A stretch of DNA of 64,000 nucleotides. Source: Collinsella sp. Lineage in GTDB: Bacteria; Actinomycetota; Coriobacteriia; Coriobacteriales; Coriobacteriaceae. The notes beneath the pieces were generated by a model. That model worked only from the letters and a program-made list of their open reading frames with translations. It searched no databases and had not been told where the DNA came from. A program made the translations under genes and the position numbers. The stretch covers positions 626-64,625 of the forward strand of contig JAHYYK010000004.1 of the NCBI GenBank assembly GCA_019425005.1, read 5' to 3'. Below are positions 20,401-30,139 of this stretch, one piece after another; the first letter of the stretch is position 1, and each line of letters begins with the position of its first letter.

Positions 20401-20722
20401 CGGGCGTGTCGCCAGAGCCGCGGCGTAGCGTCGGCATGAAGTGTCGCGATAGCTCCTGCATGGAGCTGTAGCAGTTGATGGTGCAGACAGGCACGCTCTT
20501 CGCCCTCGACTCACGCGAGGACATGACGATCCACTCGCACGTGCGCCCCATGGAGTCGCAGAACACGATGCGGTCGTACTTGTCGACGCCGTTGTCCAGC
20601 AGGACGAGCTCAACCTTGTCCACACCGCACTGGTCGACATTGCGCGTGCGCGTGGCCTGCATCGGCGTGAGCTCGCCGAGGTACGCGCCGAAGCGGCTGA
20701 AGTGGATGAATCTCTTGGACAT
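17447..20722 (-). CDS. Tail spike/Tal-like minor tail protein with repeated modules and a short collagen-like stretch
   Basis: VVTRLYCYGKG prophage-tail motif; follows the Dit gene; three W..P.W..G.Y(F)IW repeats; GXX repeats. Confidence 0.85.
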   Translation of the reverse strand: MSKRFIHFSRFGAYLGELTPMQATRTRNVDQCGVDKVELVLLDNGVDKYDRIVFCDSMGRTCEWIVMSSRESRAKSVPVCTINCYSSMQELSRHFMPTLRRGSGDTPAQALAKALDGTRWSVGQCDEGSGEYSVYHQSSLASVKDIAEAYKMEVEPVIELSADGNSIAKRSVRLVKRLGRASTALRLDYGSGLSGIDRVLSADDVVTRLYCYGKGVQTTDDDGNATGGYSRKITFADINGGKEYIQDDSLLEIWGVPGPDGSLMHTEGIFEDGDCEDKATLLAEGRAALAERSKPIVSYEGTVEALGRAGFDANACDLGDNLQMVDTTFPKPLRLSGRVLEIVEDLLGDGSPSSVKVGNVIEGIIKRSDRVQQTLDRLTSSAGSWDSAATLGSAYLDGLIDGLNKVMNETGGYTYIKPGKGLFVYDKPEDANPTMCIQIGGGYFRIADGKNSDGTWNFRTLGNGHGLVADAIVSGTISANLIKAGTIQDKSGKNYWNLDASEFHLGPGATLDGKDIAVADAVIASVDVEYAQGTSRVTEPQDGWQTTAPQWVSGKYIWTRTKTTMQSGDIEYSEPVCISGRDGTDGAKGDKGSTGTGVRGIVEQYYLSTSSTAQSGGSWSEAQPAWAKGKYIWTRSKITWTDGSTTYTAPCLAKAINGSNQMAGSAIVSRVKLYAKNQSDSVPPINAQNPELGWSEDIPQWANGYFIWSMDRVTYGDGSVTHTAPVLEAAYNKAYQSAHDLTGSLNGLDTTVQDLAKDGVVTEAEAAAVRKAKQGVDKEREEATSQFNALKSNKALSTQFVAAVLGPRYAKAFGTTNEGGTYGAYADKVDKVLKCKTAEELKAAMYEYDAAYGAYSSAVKDYADAATGARHAIEQKNASDYADGILSAYDEQMDQKEMFDRLTKGGTEQGIYMQNDMVYINASYMATGTIADKLGRNSWNLTTGTLKTNYMTANNITANGTFKCGYTNWYTMLTSAGELAGYRTTNGSTPTKVGYIDYTASMRDTDTGAVYYGIQMQAQGSVRISSPIISTAATSDCNVTTTYGRTGSVSQPLVSEVHDNHDGTVGWHYGTFVINTINGLFTSYSTVGTTG

Positions 20723-20733
20723 CTGACAGTCTC

Positions 20734-21528
20734 CTAGGGGATGAGCCAGAGCGGCTCAAAGGATGTCGTGATACTGCTTGCACCGACCACTGTGATGGTC
20801 GAGTCCCCTACTGGCAGGTCGAAGAAATCCGATGTGAGTGTCGGGCAGGTCAAAACGCCATTGATGTACACGCCGCGCAATTTTGTCGGCGAGGTCTCGA
20901 TGGTGGCGATGGCGCCTGCGGCAAAGTTCCTCTCGGCATCGACCTCGATGAACACGCCGTCCGCGCGGGAAATCTTCAGCTTCTTCTCGGCCTTGAGCGT
21001 GGCGGTGAATGTCGGGAACACCCGGCAGTTGCCGCTCACGGTCAATTTCGTACCGCTCACCGCCGTATTCCTGCCGTACAGCATGGGCATGGCGCTCATC
21101 GTCAGGTCGATTTCGTAGTAGGCGAAAACACCACCCTGCCAGACCTCGCTGGGGCTGGACGATTCGAGCCTGCCGACGAAATCTCCGGGGAGCGCTCTCC
21201 ACGTGATGCGGGCGTCACGGCCCATGATGGAGCCAAGCGCGACCTTGGACTTGACCGCCTCCTGCCACGTGCCGACCGTGCGCAAGTGGAGCGTCACCGC
21301 GCGCCGGCCGGCATAGGCGAGACCGCTGCCGTCTGTCAGCGAAAGGTCACGGGAGCCATGGGCCCCGGTGACGGTCGCGTAGGACGTGTCGAACGAGATG
21401 GCATCGACCTCCGGCGCGGAGGTCAGGTACCAGCCCATATCGCCGAGCCTGATGCCGTTCACGGTGACCGTGCCGTCATCGACGAACATGTTGTTGCGCG
21501 AGTAAACGCCAAGGCGGGAATCAGCCAT
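20734..21528 (-). CDS. Distal tail protein (Dit-like)
   Basis: Position after the tape measure gene; VTGAHGS and SDFFDLPVG motifs. Confidence 0.75.
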   Translation of the reverse strand: MADSRLGVYSRNNMFVDDGTVTVNGIRLGDMGWYLTSAPEVDAISFDTSYATVTGAHGSRDLSLTDGSGLAYAGRRAVTLHLRTVGTWQEAVKSKVALGSIMGRDARITWRALPGDFVGRLESSSPSEVWQGGVFAYYEIDLTMSAMPMLYGRNTAVSGTKLTVSGNCRVFPTFTATLKAEKKLKISRADGVFIEVDAERNFAAGAIATIETSPTKLRGVYINGVLTCPTLTSDFFDLPVGDSTITVVGASSITTSFEPLWLIP

Positions 21529-24500
21529 TTAGACCTCCATTGCGGAACGCTTGCCGAGTTCGGAATCGATGGACGGTGCGAGCAGCATGGCGAGCGTCTT
21601 TAGGTCGACATCGAGCTTGAGCGCGCCGATCTTGCTTAGCGCAGTAACGATAGCGAGAACGATGTCATCCACGGATAGACCGCCAGCGCCACCAGATGCC
21701 CCATGGGCGCCGTTTGCGGACGCACCGAGCGACATACCGGTTGCAAAATCCATGGCGGCTTGTGCGCCGCTCACGCGGTCCACGAGGGCATCGGTCATCC
21801 TGTCGGCATCGGAGAGCAGCGCAGGGGTGTTCCGCTTGATACCGACGCCGATGCCGGACGGGATGAACTTACCGACCTTGTCGCGGAAGACACGCGAGGG
21901 CGAGTGGATGCCGAGTGCGCTCATCGCCTCGTCGACCAAGCCCGAGAGCGCATTCCTGATGTTGTTGTACAGGCCACCGATGGCACCCGAGATGCCGTTC
22001 CAGAGACCGGCGATGATCTGGCTGCCGGCATTCCAGAGCCACGTCCCGGCACCCGAGACCGCAGCCATCGCGGCGTTGTAGATTCCGCTCAGGATGCCGC
22101 CGAGGGCCCCGACCGCGCCGCTGGCGATCTGCTTGCAGCTCTGCCAGACCTGGGACCAATTCCCCGAGATCAATCCTGCAACCAAATTGACGACGCCCTG
22201 CACGATCTGTGCAATCGAGCTGATCACCTGGTTGACGGACGCGACGATTCCGGAGATGAACGGGGCCATCGCCGCAAAGGCAGGCTCAAGCGTTCCAACC
22301 AAAAATTGAACAACCTGCTCGATTACGAAGCCCGCGACCGTCATGAATTGGTTGAGCGCACTGCCGACCACCTCAAGCGCATCGCCGATGAGGTCCATGA
22401 CGGTCTCAAAGGTCGAGCCGAGCTGGTCGAGCCACGGGCTGCACTGTGTCAGCAGGTCGGAGACGCCCTGAATGACCGCCGTGATGATGGGCAGCAGTAG
22501 CGACTCGATTCCCGCAAACAGCTGTCCGATGAACGACAGAACGCTGCCGGCCAAAATGATCAGGCCGTCAAGCAAGCTCGTGAGCGGAGGTAGGATTACC
22601 GTCAGGATGTTGGTCAGCGGCTCGATAAGCTGGGAGATGCAGTCGAGCAAAGGCTGCAGGATTTCAGCTGCCACGGGGGCGAGCTGGGCGATCACGGTGC
22701 CGAGCGTCTCGAAGATCTGGCTCATGCACTCGACAAGCACCGGGAAAATCTCGGATGCCGCGCTGGTGCATTTGTCGAAAATATCCTGAAGCACAGGGGC
22801 GAGCGTGGACACCGCGCCCATGAGCGCGGAGCCGACCGTCTCGGCAACTTGCGCGAGAGTCTGCTGCAGCTGGGGGCTGATCATGACCAGACCGGCGAGG
22901 AGCGACAGCACGATACCGACGGGACCTCCGAGCAGCTTAAGCGCGTTGCCGAGAAGCGCGGAATCCCCCACGAGGCCTTTTAGGGCCGGGCCGACCATGG
23001 GGATGTTGACGAGAAGCTCGCCGATGGTGCCGAGAAGCCCCGTGCCTCCCATGGCGGCAACCAGAGAGCCGACCAATGGGATCGTCGCCATGATGCCGCT
23101 GGAAAAGCCCGAGAAGCTGTCGCCGTTGAGCACGGACGTGATCTTCTCGAAGGCATCGACGATCATCGGCGCGATGGTGTTGGAGACGAGGTCTCCCCAT
23201 TGCTCGAAAACGGGGGTCAGCTTCGTGGTCACGGCATCGACAAGCGGGATGGCGGCGTTGAAGATGTCGCGCAGGCCGTTGAGGACGGGGGTCATGGCCT
23301 TCTCGCCGAGACGGCTGAATGCGGCCTTGACGTTCGCCATCGCGCCCTTGAACGTGGTGCCGGCGGACTGCGCGGCTCCACCGAGGTTCTCCTGCATGGC
23401 GGCTGCGAAGTTCTCGAAGTCGACCTTGCCGGAGGACACCATCTTCTGGGCCTCCTCGGCGGTGATGCCGTAGTGCTTGGCGAGGAATTGCAGGATGGGG
23501 ATGCCCGAGTCGAGGATCTGGTTGACCTGCTCGCCCTGCAGCTTATTTGAAGCAGCCACCTTGGAGAAGATGGAGCCCATCTCCGTGAAGTCTCGACCTG
23601 AGATTTGCGCGGAATCGCCGACCGTCTTGAGGACGCTCGTGAGCTGGTCGCCCTGCTTGACGCCGGACGCGACGAGCTGGGACGCCGTGGTCGCCGCATC
23701 CCCCAGACCGTAGGCGGTGCCCTTGACCGAAGCCAAGGCGTTGTTCATGATCTCGTCGATGCTGCCGGCATCGTGGCCGAGGCCCTTCAGCTTCGCACGC
23801 GCGTCCTCGATACTGAGAGCGCGGTTGAATCCGCCCGTTGCGGCAAGTTTGCCGAGCGCCACAGTGACGCCCGCGCCCACGCCCACGACAGCGGTGGAAA
23901 TGCTCTTGAATGCACTGGCTGCGGAAGAGCAGATTTTGCCGATTGCGGACATGCCGGCGGAGACAGCGCTTTTCGCACCCTCGATGCCGGTCTTGGCGGT
24001 ATCCGGCAACTTGTCGAAGACGGACTTCGCCGCAGTCTCCACGTTGGAGAACCACGTGTGCGCGGTCGAGCAGACGCTTTTAATCGGCTGCGGGAGCCTG
24101 GACGCGATATTGCCGACGATCGTCTGCACCTTGCTTCCGGCGCGTGACAGGCCGTCCGAGATGGCGTTTCCGATCTCGGCTGCGGCAATCTGCATCTTGT
24201 CCTTGGCGCTGCTGGCGAAGTCGGCGATGGAAGCCTTCACCCTGGCGAGACCGGCTGTCGCCTTCGCCGCGATCGGGCCCCACATGTCGATGCCCGATGC
24301 GGCACGGACGAGGGAACCCAGAGCGCCCGCCATGCCGGTGGCGGAGCTCTTGCCTGCGTCCAACGACTTGGCACCGGCAAGGAAGTTCTTGGCGGCGCGG
24401 GCGAAGGCGTCGGAGGATTGGTTCGTATATTGGGCCAACTCCTGCTGCGCCTTGGCGGCGGACTCGTTGACGATATTCAGCTTCTCGGTCGCGTCCTCGA

Positions 24501-24927
24501 CGGCGGCGGCGCTCTGCTCAGATTTGCGGCGTGCGGACGCCAGGCGCTCCTCGGCGGCGACTGCCTGCGTGGAGCCCTCGCCGTACTTGGCGATGGCATC
24601 CTGCAGCCTCATCTCAGCCACGCGGACGCGCCCGGCATCGTCCGCCTGCTTCATGCGGGCCTTGCTCAGCTCGTTGGTCGCGGCTTTGACATCATCGGTG
24701 AAGACCTTTAGGGCATCGTCGGCGAGCCCCTTGGACGATGCGGCGAAGGACTCCTTCAGCTGCTTACCGAGCTGTCGACCGCTTATGCCGCCGGCGTTCC
24801 TGAATGCGCTTTTAAATGAATTGCTGGCTTCGTCTCCGGTCGACTTTACCTCTTTGTTGACCTTGGAGCGGAAGCCCGTCATCACGGGGAAAATCGAAAT
24901 ATGTGCGGAACCGACCTCAGATGACAT
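21529..24927 (-). CDS. Tape measure protein
   Basis: 1132 aa, Ala-rich, tape-measure domain (ASVKGTAYGLGDA), amphipathic repeats. Confidence 0.92.
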   Translation of the reverse strand: MSSEVGSAHISIFPVMTGFRSKVNKEVKSTGDEASNSFKSAFRNAGGISGRQLGKQLKESFAASSKGLADDALKVFTDDVKAATNELSKARMKQADDAGRVRVAEMRLQDAIAKYGEGSTQAVAAEERLASARRKSEQSAAAVEDATEKLNIVNESAAKAQQELAQYTNQSSDAFARAAKNFLAGAKSLDAGKSSATGMAGALGSLVRAASGIDMWGPIAAKATAGLARVKASIADFASSAKDKMQIAAAEIGNAISDGLSRAGSKVQTIVGNIASRLPQPIKSVCSTAHTWFSNVETAAKSVFDKLPDTAKTGIEGAKSAVSAGMSAIGKICSSAASAFKSISTAVVGVGAGVTVALGKLAATGGFNRALSIEDARAKLKGLGHDAGSIDEIMNNALASVKGTAYGLGDAATTASQLVASGVKQGDQLTSVLKTVGDSAQISGRDFTEMGSIFSKVAASNKLQGEQVNQILDSGIPILQFLAKHYGITAEEAQKMVSSGKVDFENFAAAMQENLGGAAQSAGTTFKGAMANVKAAFSRLGEKAMTPVLNGLRDIFNAAIPLVDAVTTKLTPVFEQWGDLVSNTIAPMIVDAFEKITSVLNGDSFSGFSSGIMATIPLVGSLVAAMGGTGLLGTIGELLVNIPMVGPALKGLVGDSALLGNALKLLGGPVGIVLSLLAGLVMISPQLQQTLAQVAETVGSALMGAVSTLAPVLQDIFDKCTSAASEIFPVLVECMSQIFETLGTVIAQLAPVAAEILQPLLDCISQLIEPLTNILTVILPPLTSLLDGLIILAGSVLSFIGQLFAGIESLLLPIITAVIQGVSDLLTQCSPWLDQLGSTFETVMDLIGDALEVVGSALNQFMTVAGFVIEQVVQFLVGTLEPAFAAMAPFISGIVASVNQVISSIAQIVQGVVNLVAGLISGNWSQVWQSCKQIASGAVGALGGILSGIYNAAMAAVSGAGTWLWNAGSQIIAGLWNGISGAIGGLYNNIRNALSGLVDEAMSALGIHSPSRVFRDKVGKFIPSGIGVGIKRNTPALLSDADRMTDALVDRVSGAQAAMDFATGMSLGASANGAHGASGGAGGLSVDDIVLAIVTALSKIGALKLDVDLKTLAMLLAPSIDSELGKRSAMEV

Positions 24928-24948
24928 GCGCGATCTCCCCCGATCTCG

Positions 24949-25688
24949 TTACTCGTAAAGCGAAGCGAACAGCGGCGCCATGTTCTCCGCCGCCTTCTGC
25001 GCTTCATCGCCAGAGGCCTTGAAGGAGGCAGCGCGGAACTGCTCTTCCTCGGTCGGGATAGGAGATGGGAACTTGTTCTGCGTCAGCGCCGCCACGGTGA
25101 ACATGTCGGCAAAGCTGGTCGGGTATTTAAGCCCGGCCACGTGCGCCCCAGTCGAAGTCGAGGGGTCTCCGGAGAGCGCCCCGAACAGCGCGATCGCGTC
25201 CGCATAGCGGAGCCTGCTTCCGAGGTCGGCCTGCAGGCTCCATCCCCTTGCCGCGAAATCAGCCCTCGCGGCGTCCTCGTGCTCCTTCAGCTCGGCGATG
25301 AAGCGGGCTATTCCCCCAGGGTTGCTCCCTGGGCCTTAGCCAACTTCTCGCCGAAGACCTCGAAGATCTTGACCATCGTCTGAAGCGGCTCGGACTTGAA
25401 GCGCTCGACGGCATCGGTACCGCCCTTGCCGCCCTCGATGAGTGTGCAAAGGTGCTCGAAGGCATCGTCATCGGTGCCGTTCTGGATTGCGGACACCTCG
25501 GCGTAGCTCGGGCACATGGGCAGGCGGTAGATGTTGCCAGCGGACGTGCGGACGAACAGCGTGTTGTCGCCGATCACATACATGACCTTGTTCGCATCGG
25601 CGATGCGCTCGAACTCGGCCTGCTCCTTCTCCTCGGTCCAGTTCTCGAAATCCTCGACGGTCGGCTCGAACTCTTTCTCTTCAGCCAT
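24949..25688 (-). CDS. Tail assembly chaperone, long -1 frameshifted form (gpGT-like)
   Basis: -1 frame is open from the G GGG GAA site (25317-25311) to the stop at 24949. Confidence 0.75.
25308..25688 (-). CDS. Tail assembly chaperone (gpG-like), 126 aa
   Basis: Between major tail and tape measure genes; ends CTG GGG GAA TAG. Confidence 0.8.
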   Translation of the reverse strand: MAEEKEFEPTVEDFENWTEEKEQAEFERIADANKVMYVIGDNTLFVRTSAGNIYRLPMCPSYAEVSAIQNGTDDDAFEHLCTLIEGGKGGTDAVERFKSEPLQTMVKIFEVFGEKLAKAQGATLGE

Positions 25689-25754
25689 CTCGACTTTCCC
25701 TTCTCTCGAATGGCCTCTTACGACATGGACATTGTTCGGCCGGGGTCCCCCGAT

Positions 25755-25787
25755 AAAAAAAGGGCACCGCGCCGAAGCGCGATGCCC
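25755..25787 (-). terminator. Terminator after the major tail gene
   Basis: GGGCATCGCGC-TTCG-GCGCGGTGCCC followed by T7. Confidence 0.85.
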
Positions 25788-25815
25788 AACAAGAGAAGGG
25801 AAAGCTGTGTTTCGC

Positions 25816-26442
25816 TTAGGAATTCTTGCCAGCGGCGGCAGAAGAGGCAGTCGCCGTGACATCGGCCGGAGTGCAGTGGGCCTCGATGTAGGCCTTGCCC
25901 TCGTAGAGGTCGTCGCGCACCCACTTGACGGTGATGGCTCGACCGAGGATGGAGCCGCGCTCGGCCTGACCCGGCTCGTTGGCGGTCACCTTGATGACGC
26001 CGGCACGGCGGTCGACGTTGCCGTTCTTGTAGGTGATCTCCTCGTACGCCATCCACTTGGTGTCGGGCGTGAAGGTATCGACGGCGATGACGCCGTCGGC
26101 ATCGGGCTTCTCGCCGAAGCAGAACTCGCGTGCGAGGTCGGTGTCCTCGGCGATGGTGAATGCCGTGGAGATAGTGCTCTCGCCGTTGAGGGTGTAGCCC
26201 TGCTGCCAGAACTCGATGGCATCGCCGGACTCGATGGAATCCTGGGGAGCGCCGTCGTTAGTGAGAAGACCCAGGCAGGAGGTGCCGCGGGCGTACACCT
26301 CGGGCAGCTTCGGGGTGGCGTTCTTCTTGCCGATCATGGTGCGGGTGATGACGTTGTCCTCGGCGTACGGGACGATGCAGATTGCACCGGTTACGGGCAC
26401 GCCTACGTTTGCAAGGTCGTTACCCTGCTTGTCTTTAGCCAT
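25816..26442 (-). CDS. Major tail protein
   Basis: Position, size, actinophage tail-tube-like sequence, strong codon bias. Confidence 0.8.
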   Translation of the reverse strand: MAKDKQGNDLANVGVPVTGAICIVPYAEDNVITRTMIGKKNATPKLPEVYARGTSCLGLLTNDGAPQDSIESGDAIEFWQQGYTLNGESTISTAFTIAEDTDLAREFCFGEKPDADGVIAVDTFTPDTKWMAYEEITYKNGNVDRRAGVIKVTANEPGQAERGSILGRAITVKWVRDDLYEGKAYIEAHCTPADVTATASSAAAGKNS

Positions 26443-26474
26443 TGCAGGCTCCTTTCCAGGGCAAAGCCCTAACC

Positions 26475-26897
26475 TTAATCCTCAATTGCACCGACGACCG
26501 AGTACTCGACCGTCATGTAGCACTTGCTCGAGTCGTGCTGGTCCGTCACGCGGTACGGTCCGTTGCATCCGTCATCGATGACGGCGGCGATGGGAGACCC
26601 CTTCTCGTAGGCGATGGTCGGCGATGTGAGCGCGGCGAAGGCACGTCGGGCAAGCTCTCCGGCCTGTAGTGTGCTCTGGCGGTTCCCCGCATAGATCGAG
26701 ACGCCGACCGAGCGGTCGAAGGTGGTGAGCCCAGTCTTCTGCCCGCCATCGTCGCGTACCACGCAATACGGAGTGGAGCCGTCATAGCTCGAGGTCTCAC
26801 GGTTGCTGACCTCGATGTTTATCGACTTGCTGCCGAGGACGGCACGGAGGTATCCGCAAAGGAAAAGCTCCAGATCAGGAGGAACAACTACCTGCAT
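26475..26897 (-). CDS. Tail terminator-like protein
   Basis: VVRDDGG motif; synteny. Confidence 0.65.
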   Translation of the reverse strand: MQVVVPPDLELFLCGYLRAVLGSKSINIEVSNRETSSYDGSTPYCVVRDDGGQKTGLTTFDRSVGVSIYAGNRQSTLQAGELARRAFAALTSPTIAYEKGSPIAAVIDDGCNGPYRVTDQHDSSKCYMTVEYSVVGAIED

Positions 26898-27185
26898 CTA
26901 CTTCACCGCTTTCAGGGCTCGGGCGAGATAGCCGCCCTTGGATTCGAGCAAAATCGTCTTCCAGTCGTGACCGACCACGCGATAGCTGTTTCGGTGCGCC
27001 GACTTGTGGACCTCGATGCGGAACCCATCGCGGTACGCACCTGTATCCACGGGAGCGGTCGCGCGGATGTTGGCGAGCGCCTGCTGCGCCTTGGACATGC
27101 ACATGTTCTCGACTCCTGCGCTGTGGAGGATGTCATCGAAGAACTTGTCGTTAAACTTGACCTTCGTCTGGCCTGCGGCAGGCAT
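26898..27185 (-). CDS. HK97 gp10-like neck protein
   Basis: APVDTGAYR motif. Confidence 0.75.
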   Translation of the reverse strand: MPAAGQTKVKFNDKFFDDILHSAGVENMCMSKAQQALANIRATAPVDTGAYRDGFRIEVHKSAHRNSYRVVGHDWKTILLESKGGYLARALKAVK

Positions 27186-27550
27186 CAGCCTTCCACCTCC
27201 TGAAGTCCGACCTCGAGGGTCGGTTGCCAACCCGTGAACGGGTTGGCATCGACAGACGGCATGACATCCACCGTGTATACGTGCGAGCCGTCCTTGATTC
27301 GGTCGCCGCGCCTGATGTCGACCGTGGGGTCAGTGAGCGTGGCATCGGTGGCTACCTGCTCGCGTGCGCCATCGGGGCTCATCACGGACGATGATGTCGA
27401 GATAAACCCGTTAAACGCGAGCTCATCGACCTCACCGTCCCAATTGGGCACCTTGTGGAGTGGATTGTACGGGTCGTATTCGCCCTCGGCGCGAAGGCGC
27501 TTAAGCGGTCGACCGAATCCGTCAAAGCACGATCTTGGACGTCCGCTCAT
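27185..27550 (-). CDS. Head-tail adaptor/stopper
   Basis: Synteny; DPY..NW and NPFTGW motifs. Confidence 0.7.
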   Translation of the reverse strand: MSGRPRSCFDGFGRPLKRLRAEGEYDPYNPLHKVPNWDGEVDELAFNGFISTSSSVMSPDGAREQVATDATLTDPTVDIRRGDRIKDGSHVYTVDVMPSVDANPFTGWQPTLEVGLQEVEG

Positions 27551-28077
27551 GGGAGCCTCGCAATCCTGTACCTGTCGAGAATCTCGCGCTCGTCCTGCAT
27601 GAGCTGGATGGACGTAGCGCCGGAACCGCTGAATGCGTAGCTGACGGATGCACCGTTGACGCTCTGGGAGCGCACGGTGCCCGCGGGGGCGCTCGCCGCT
27701 CGGCGGGAGACCTGCAGCGCGACCGCGATGAGGTCTGGTGCGTCATCTGGGTTGAATCCGGCGGTGACGGTATACTCGATGCCGCTCAGGCACGGCTCGA
27801 CGGGCGCAGCGAGCTCGACAAGGCCTGCCGTGTTCCACTGCGCACCTTCCAGAAGGTCGGTGCCGTCGGTCAGCGCTAGCTTCGTGACCTGGGTCACGTT
27901 GAGCGCGGGGATGCGGATGATCTTGCCGCCAGCGGAGCCGACCCTACCGGACAGCTCCATCGACGGCGCGATATGCCATCCGCAGTAGCCGCGGATGGCG
28001 CTCACGGCGGCGGCGTTGAACATGGGGGCATCGAGCCCGCTGTAGTCGGTATGGTCGCCGAGGAAAGATTCGGTCAT
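27547..28077 (-). CDS. Head-tail connector
   Basis: IRGYCGWHIAP and LDRYRI motifs; follows the capsid gene. Confidence 0.75.
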   Translation of the reverse strand: MTESFLGDHTDYSGLDAPMFNAAAVSAIRGYCGWHIAPSMELSGRVGSAGGKIIRIPALNVTQVTKLALTDGTDLLEGAQWNTAGLVELAAPVEPCLSGIEYTVTAGFNPDDAPDLIAVALQVSRRAASAPAGTVRSQSVNGASVSYAFSGSGATSIQLMQDEREILDRYRIARLP

Positions 28078-28106
28078 GATGCCCCCTTCCAATCAGTCAG
28101 CCGAGG

Positions 28107-29432
28107 CTATTTCGTGGCCTTGGCGGTCTTGGCGGTCTTGGCGGTCTCGGTATCGGCCGCGGGCTCGTCGGACTGGACCTCGATGCCGGAATCGTCGGAC
28201 TGCGCGACGACCTTGGTCTCGTCCGTGGACACCTTGACGAAGGCGTACGGGTACTTGACCTGGAGCGTGCAGCGCTCCTTCAGGCGGAAGGCGGTAATGC
28301 CGGAGCCGAAGTTCTCCTTGTGGGAGTCGCTGGTCTTCAGCGTGCGCGCGCCGCGGGAGAGAACCTTGCCGGTCTTGAAGGCACCGACCACGCAATTGCC
28401 CTTCGCCTGGGTCGGGGTGACCACGGTCGGCAGGCCCCACGGGGTCTGCTGGATGACGAGGGTGCCGGTGCCGTTGTAGGGCGGCAGGAAGAAGCCGCCG
28501 CCGTAGTACTGGCCGTTCTTGTCGCGCTTCAGGCGCAGGGTCTTGTAGTCCTCGGGGTTGATGACAAGGCCGTCAGCAGTGCGGTTGACGTTCTTCTTGA
28601 TCATCGTGACTGCCGTGAAGATGCGGTCCTCGAGCGGCTCGGTGCTGGTGTTGTCGATGACGGAGTCGATCGGGATTCGAGCGACAAGGCCCTTGATGTT
28701 GTCGCTGGTGCCGTCGCCGTTCCAGATCTTGTCCTCCTTGACCAGGTCGAACTCGTAGTCGTTGTGGTCGTTGATCTCGGACACCACGTAAGGCAGGTCG
28801 TCGATCATGTCGTCGGTGATCTCCCACAGGTCCGTGATGGTGTGGAGGGAATCGTTCTCCCAGGTGGGGTCGGGGAAGTGGGTGTGTGCGGCAGCTGCGC
28901 CCTCGGCGGTCTCGCCGGGCTTGCCCTCGAGCTTGCCGTAGACCGGGTACTTCAGCACCTGACCGCCCATGGTGCCGGTGCCGAACAGATTGACGATGAG
29001 CAGGTCCTGACGCGGAGCGAACACGGGGGTGTCAAGCTCGGTGAGGTACGGGGCGTTAGAGCCGGTGGGGCCACCGGTGAGGTTCACGTCGGTAGCGTCC
29101 TTGACGTTGAACTCGGAGGTTTCGAAGTTGATGGTCTTCGCCTGAGCGACGTCGAGGCCCTTGGCCTTCAGCTCGTTGGCGAAATGCTCGCCGATGCTCT
29201 TGGCGGTCACGGCGTTCTCCTCCTTCTTCTGCTCGGGGTTCTTGCCCTCGGCGGCGTTGTCGAGGATCTCGGCACCGTCCTTGAGCAGGGCGGCGCGCTC
29301 CTCGAGCTTCTTGGCCTCGGAGACGTGCTGCTTCAGCTGCTCGAACTCCTCATCAGTCAAGTTCTCCTCGCCCTTGGCGAGGATGTCCTGTGCCGCCTTC
29401 TTCTCGGCGGCGATACGCTCCTTAATGCGCAT
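28107..29432 (-). CDS. Major capsid protein, HK97 type with N-terminal delta domain
   Basis: N-terminal coiled coil, NGDGT..NIKG, INPED..LR..RDKNGQY, WGLPTV. Confidence 0.93.
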   Translation of the reverse strand: MRIKERIAAEKKAAQDILAKGEENLTDEEFEQLKQHVSEAKKLEERAALLKDGAEILDNAAEGKNPEQKKEENAVTAKSIGEHFANELKAKGLDVAQAKTINFETSEFNVKDATDVNLTGGPTGSNAPYLTELDTPVFAPRQDLLIVNLFGTGTMGGQVLKYPVYGKLEGKPGETAEGAAAAHTHFPDPTWENDSLHTITDLWEITDDMIDDLPYVVSEINDHNDYEFDLVKEDKIWNGDGTSDNIKGLVARIPIDSVIDNTSTEPLEDRIFTAVTMIKKNVNRTADGLVINPEDYKTLRLKRDKNGQYYGGGFFLPPYNGTGTLVIQQTPWGLPTVVTPTQAKGNCVVGAFKTGKVLSRGARTLKTSDSHKENFGSGITAFRLKERCTLQVKYPYAFVKVSTDETKVVAQSDDSGIEVQSDEPAADTETAKTAKTAKATK

Positions 29433-29442
29433 GTTTGTCCTC

Positions 29443-30135
29443 CTAATCGGTGACTGCTCCGCCGAGGTATTCGGCGATTTTCTCTATCTCAGACTTGCGC
29501 TCGGCAAGTGCATGAGCCTTCTCGTCGGTCTCATCGGACTCATCCTCATCGGAATCGTCATCGGAGCCGACATTCTTGAGTACGTCCTGCAGGCACTGGA
29601 CGGCCTGCTGGATGAGGGACTCGTTGTCCTTGGAGATGGCGCGACCGCTCTTGACGTCGGTGACCTCGGCCTGCTGGTTGCAGGCGATGGGCACAACGGA
29701 GACCTCGAAGAGCTTGACCTTCTCGATGCGGCGGTGCGACAACTGGTCGCCCTCGTCCTTGACCCAAGCGGTCTTCTGGGCGAGGAAACCGACCGACATC
29801 TGGTGCACCAGGCCGCGCTTAAGCAGGCCGTACGCCTTCTTGCCCTCATTCGTGTCAAGGTCGAACTTGAACTTGACGTTCAGGCCCTTATCGTCCTCAC
29901 AGGCGGAAAGGGACTCGCCGATGCAGTTCAGCGGGGAATCGTAGTTATGGCCCCAGTAGAGTGGGATTCCCGCACCGCCGTCCGGGTAGTCGGCGGAAAG
30001 CGTCTCGGCGTAAGCGCCCTTGGTGATCTCGTCGTCGATAAGGTCGCGCTCCCACGTGGAGGCGTAGCCCTCGAACACGCCCTCCTCCTCGGGGACGGCC
30101 TTGACCTCGAAATTGAGGAAATCGAGCTTGCTCAT
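29443..30135 (-). CDS. Prohead protease (HK97 family)
   Basis: FEGYAS, MSVGF, LFEVSVVPIACN. Confidence 0.92.
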   Translation of the reverse strand: MSKLDFLNFEVKAVPEEEGVFEGYASTWERDLIDDEITKGAYAETLSADYPDGGAGIPLYWGHNYDSPLNCIGESLSACEDDKGLNVKFKFDLDTNEGKKAYGLLKRGLVHQMSVGFLAQKTAWVKDEGDQLSHRRIEKVKLFEVSVVPIACNQQAEVTDVKSGRAISKDNESLIQQAVQCLQDVLKNVGSDDDSDEDESDETDEKAHALAERKSEIEKIAEYLGGAVTD

Positions 30136-30139
30136 CTTG

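Noticed and set aside
28110..28146. 9-bp tandem repeat at the end of the capsid gene (TAKTAKTAK)
   Set aside because: Low-complexity C-terminal tail; no evidence of a separate function
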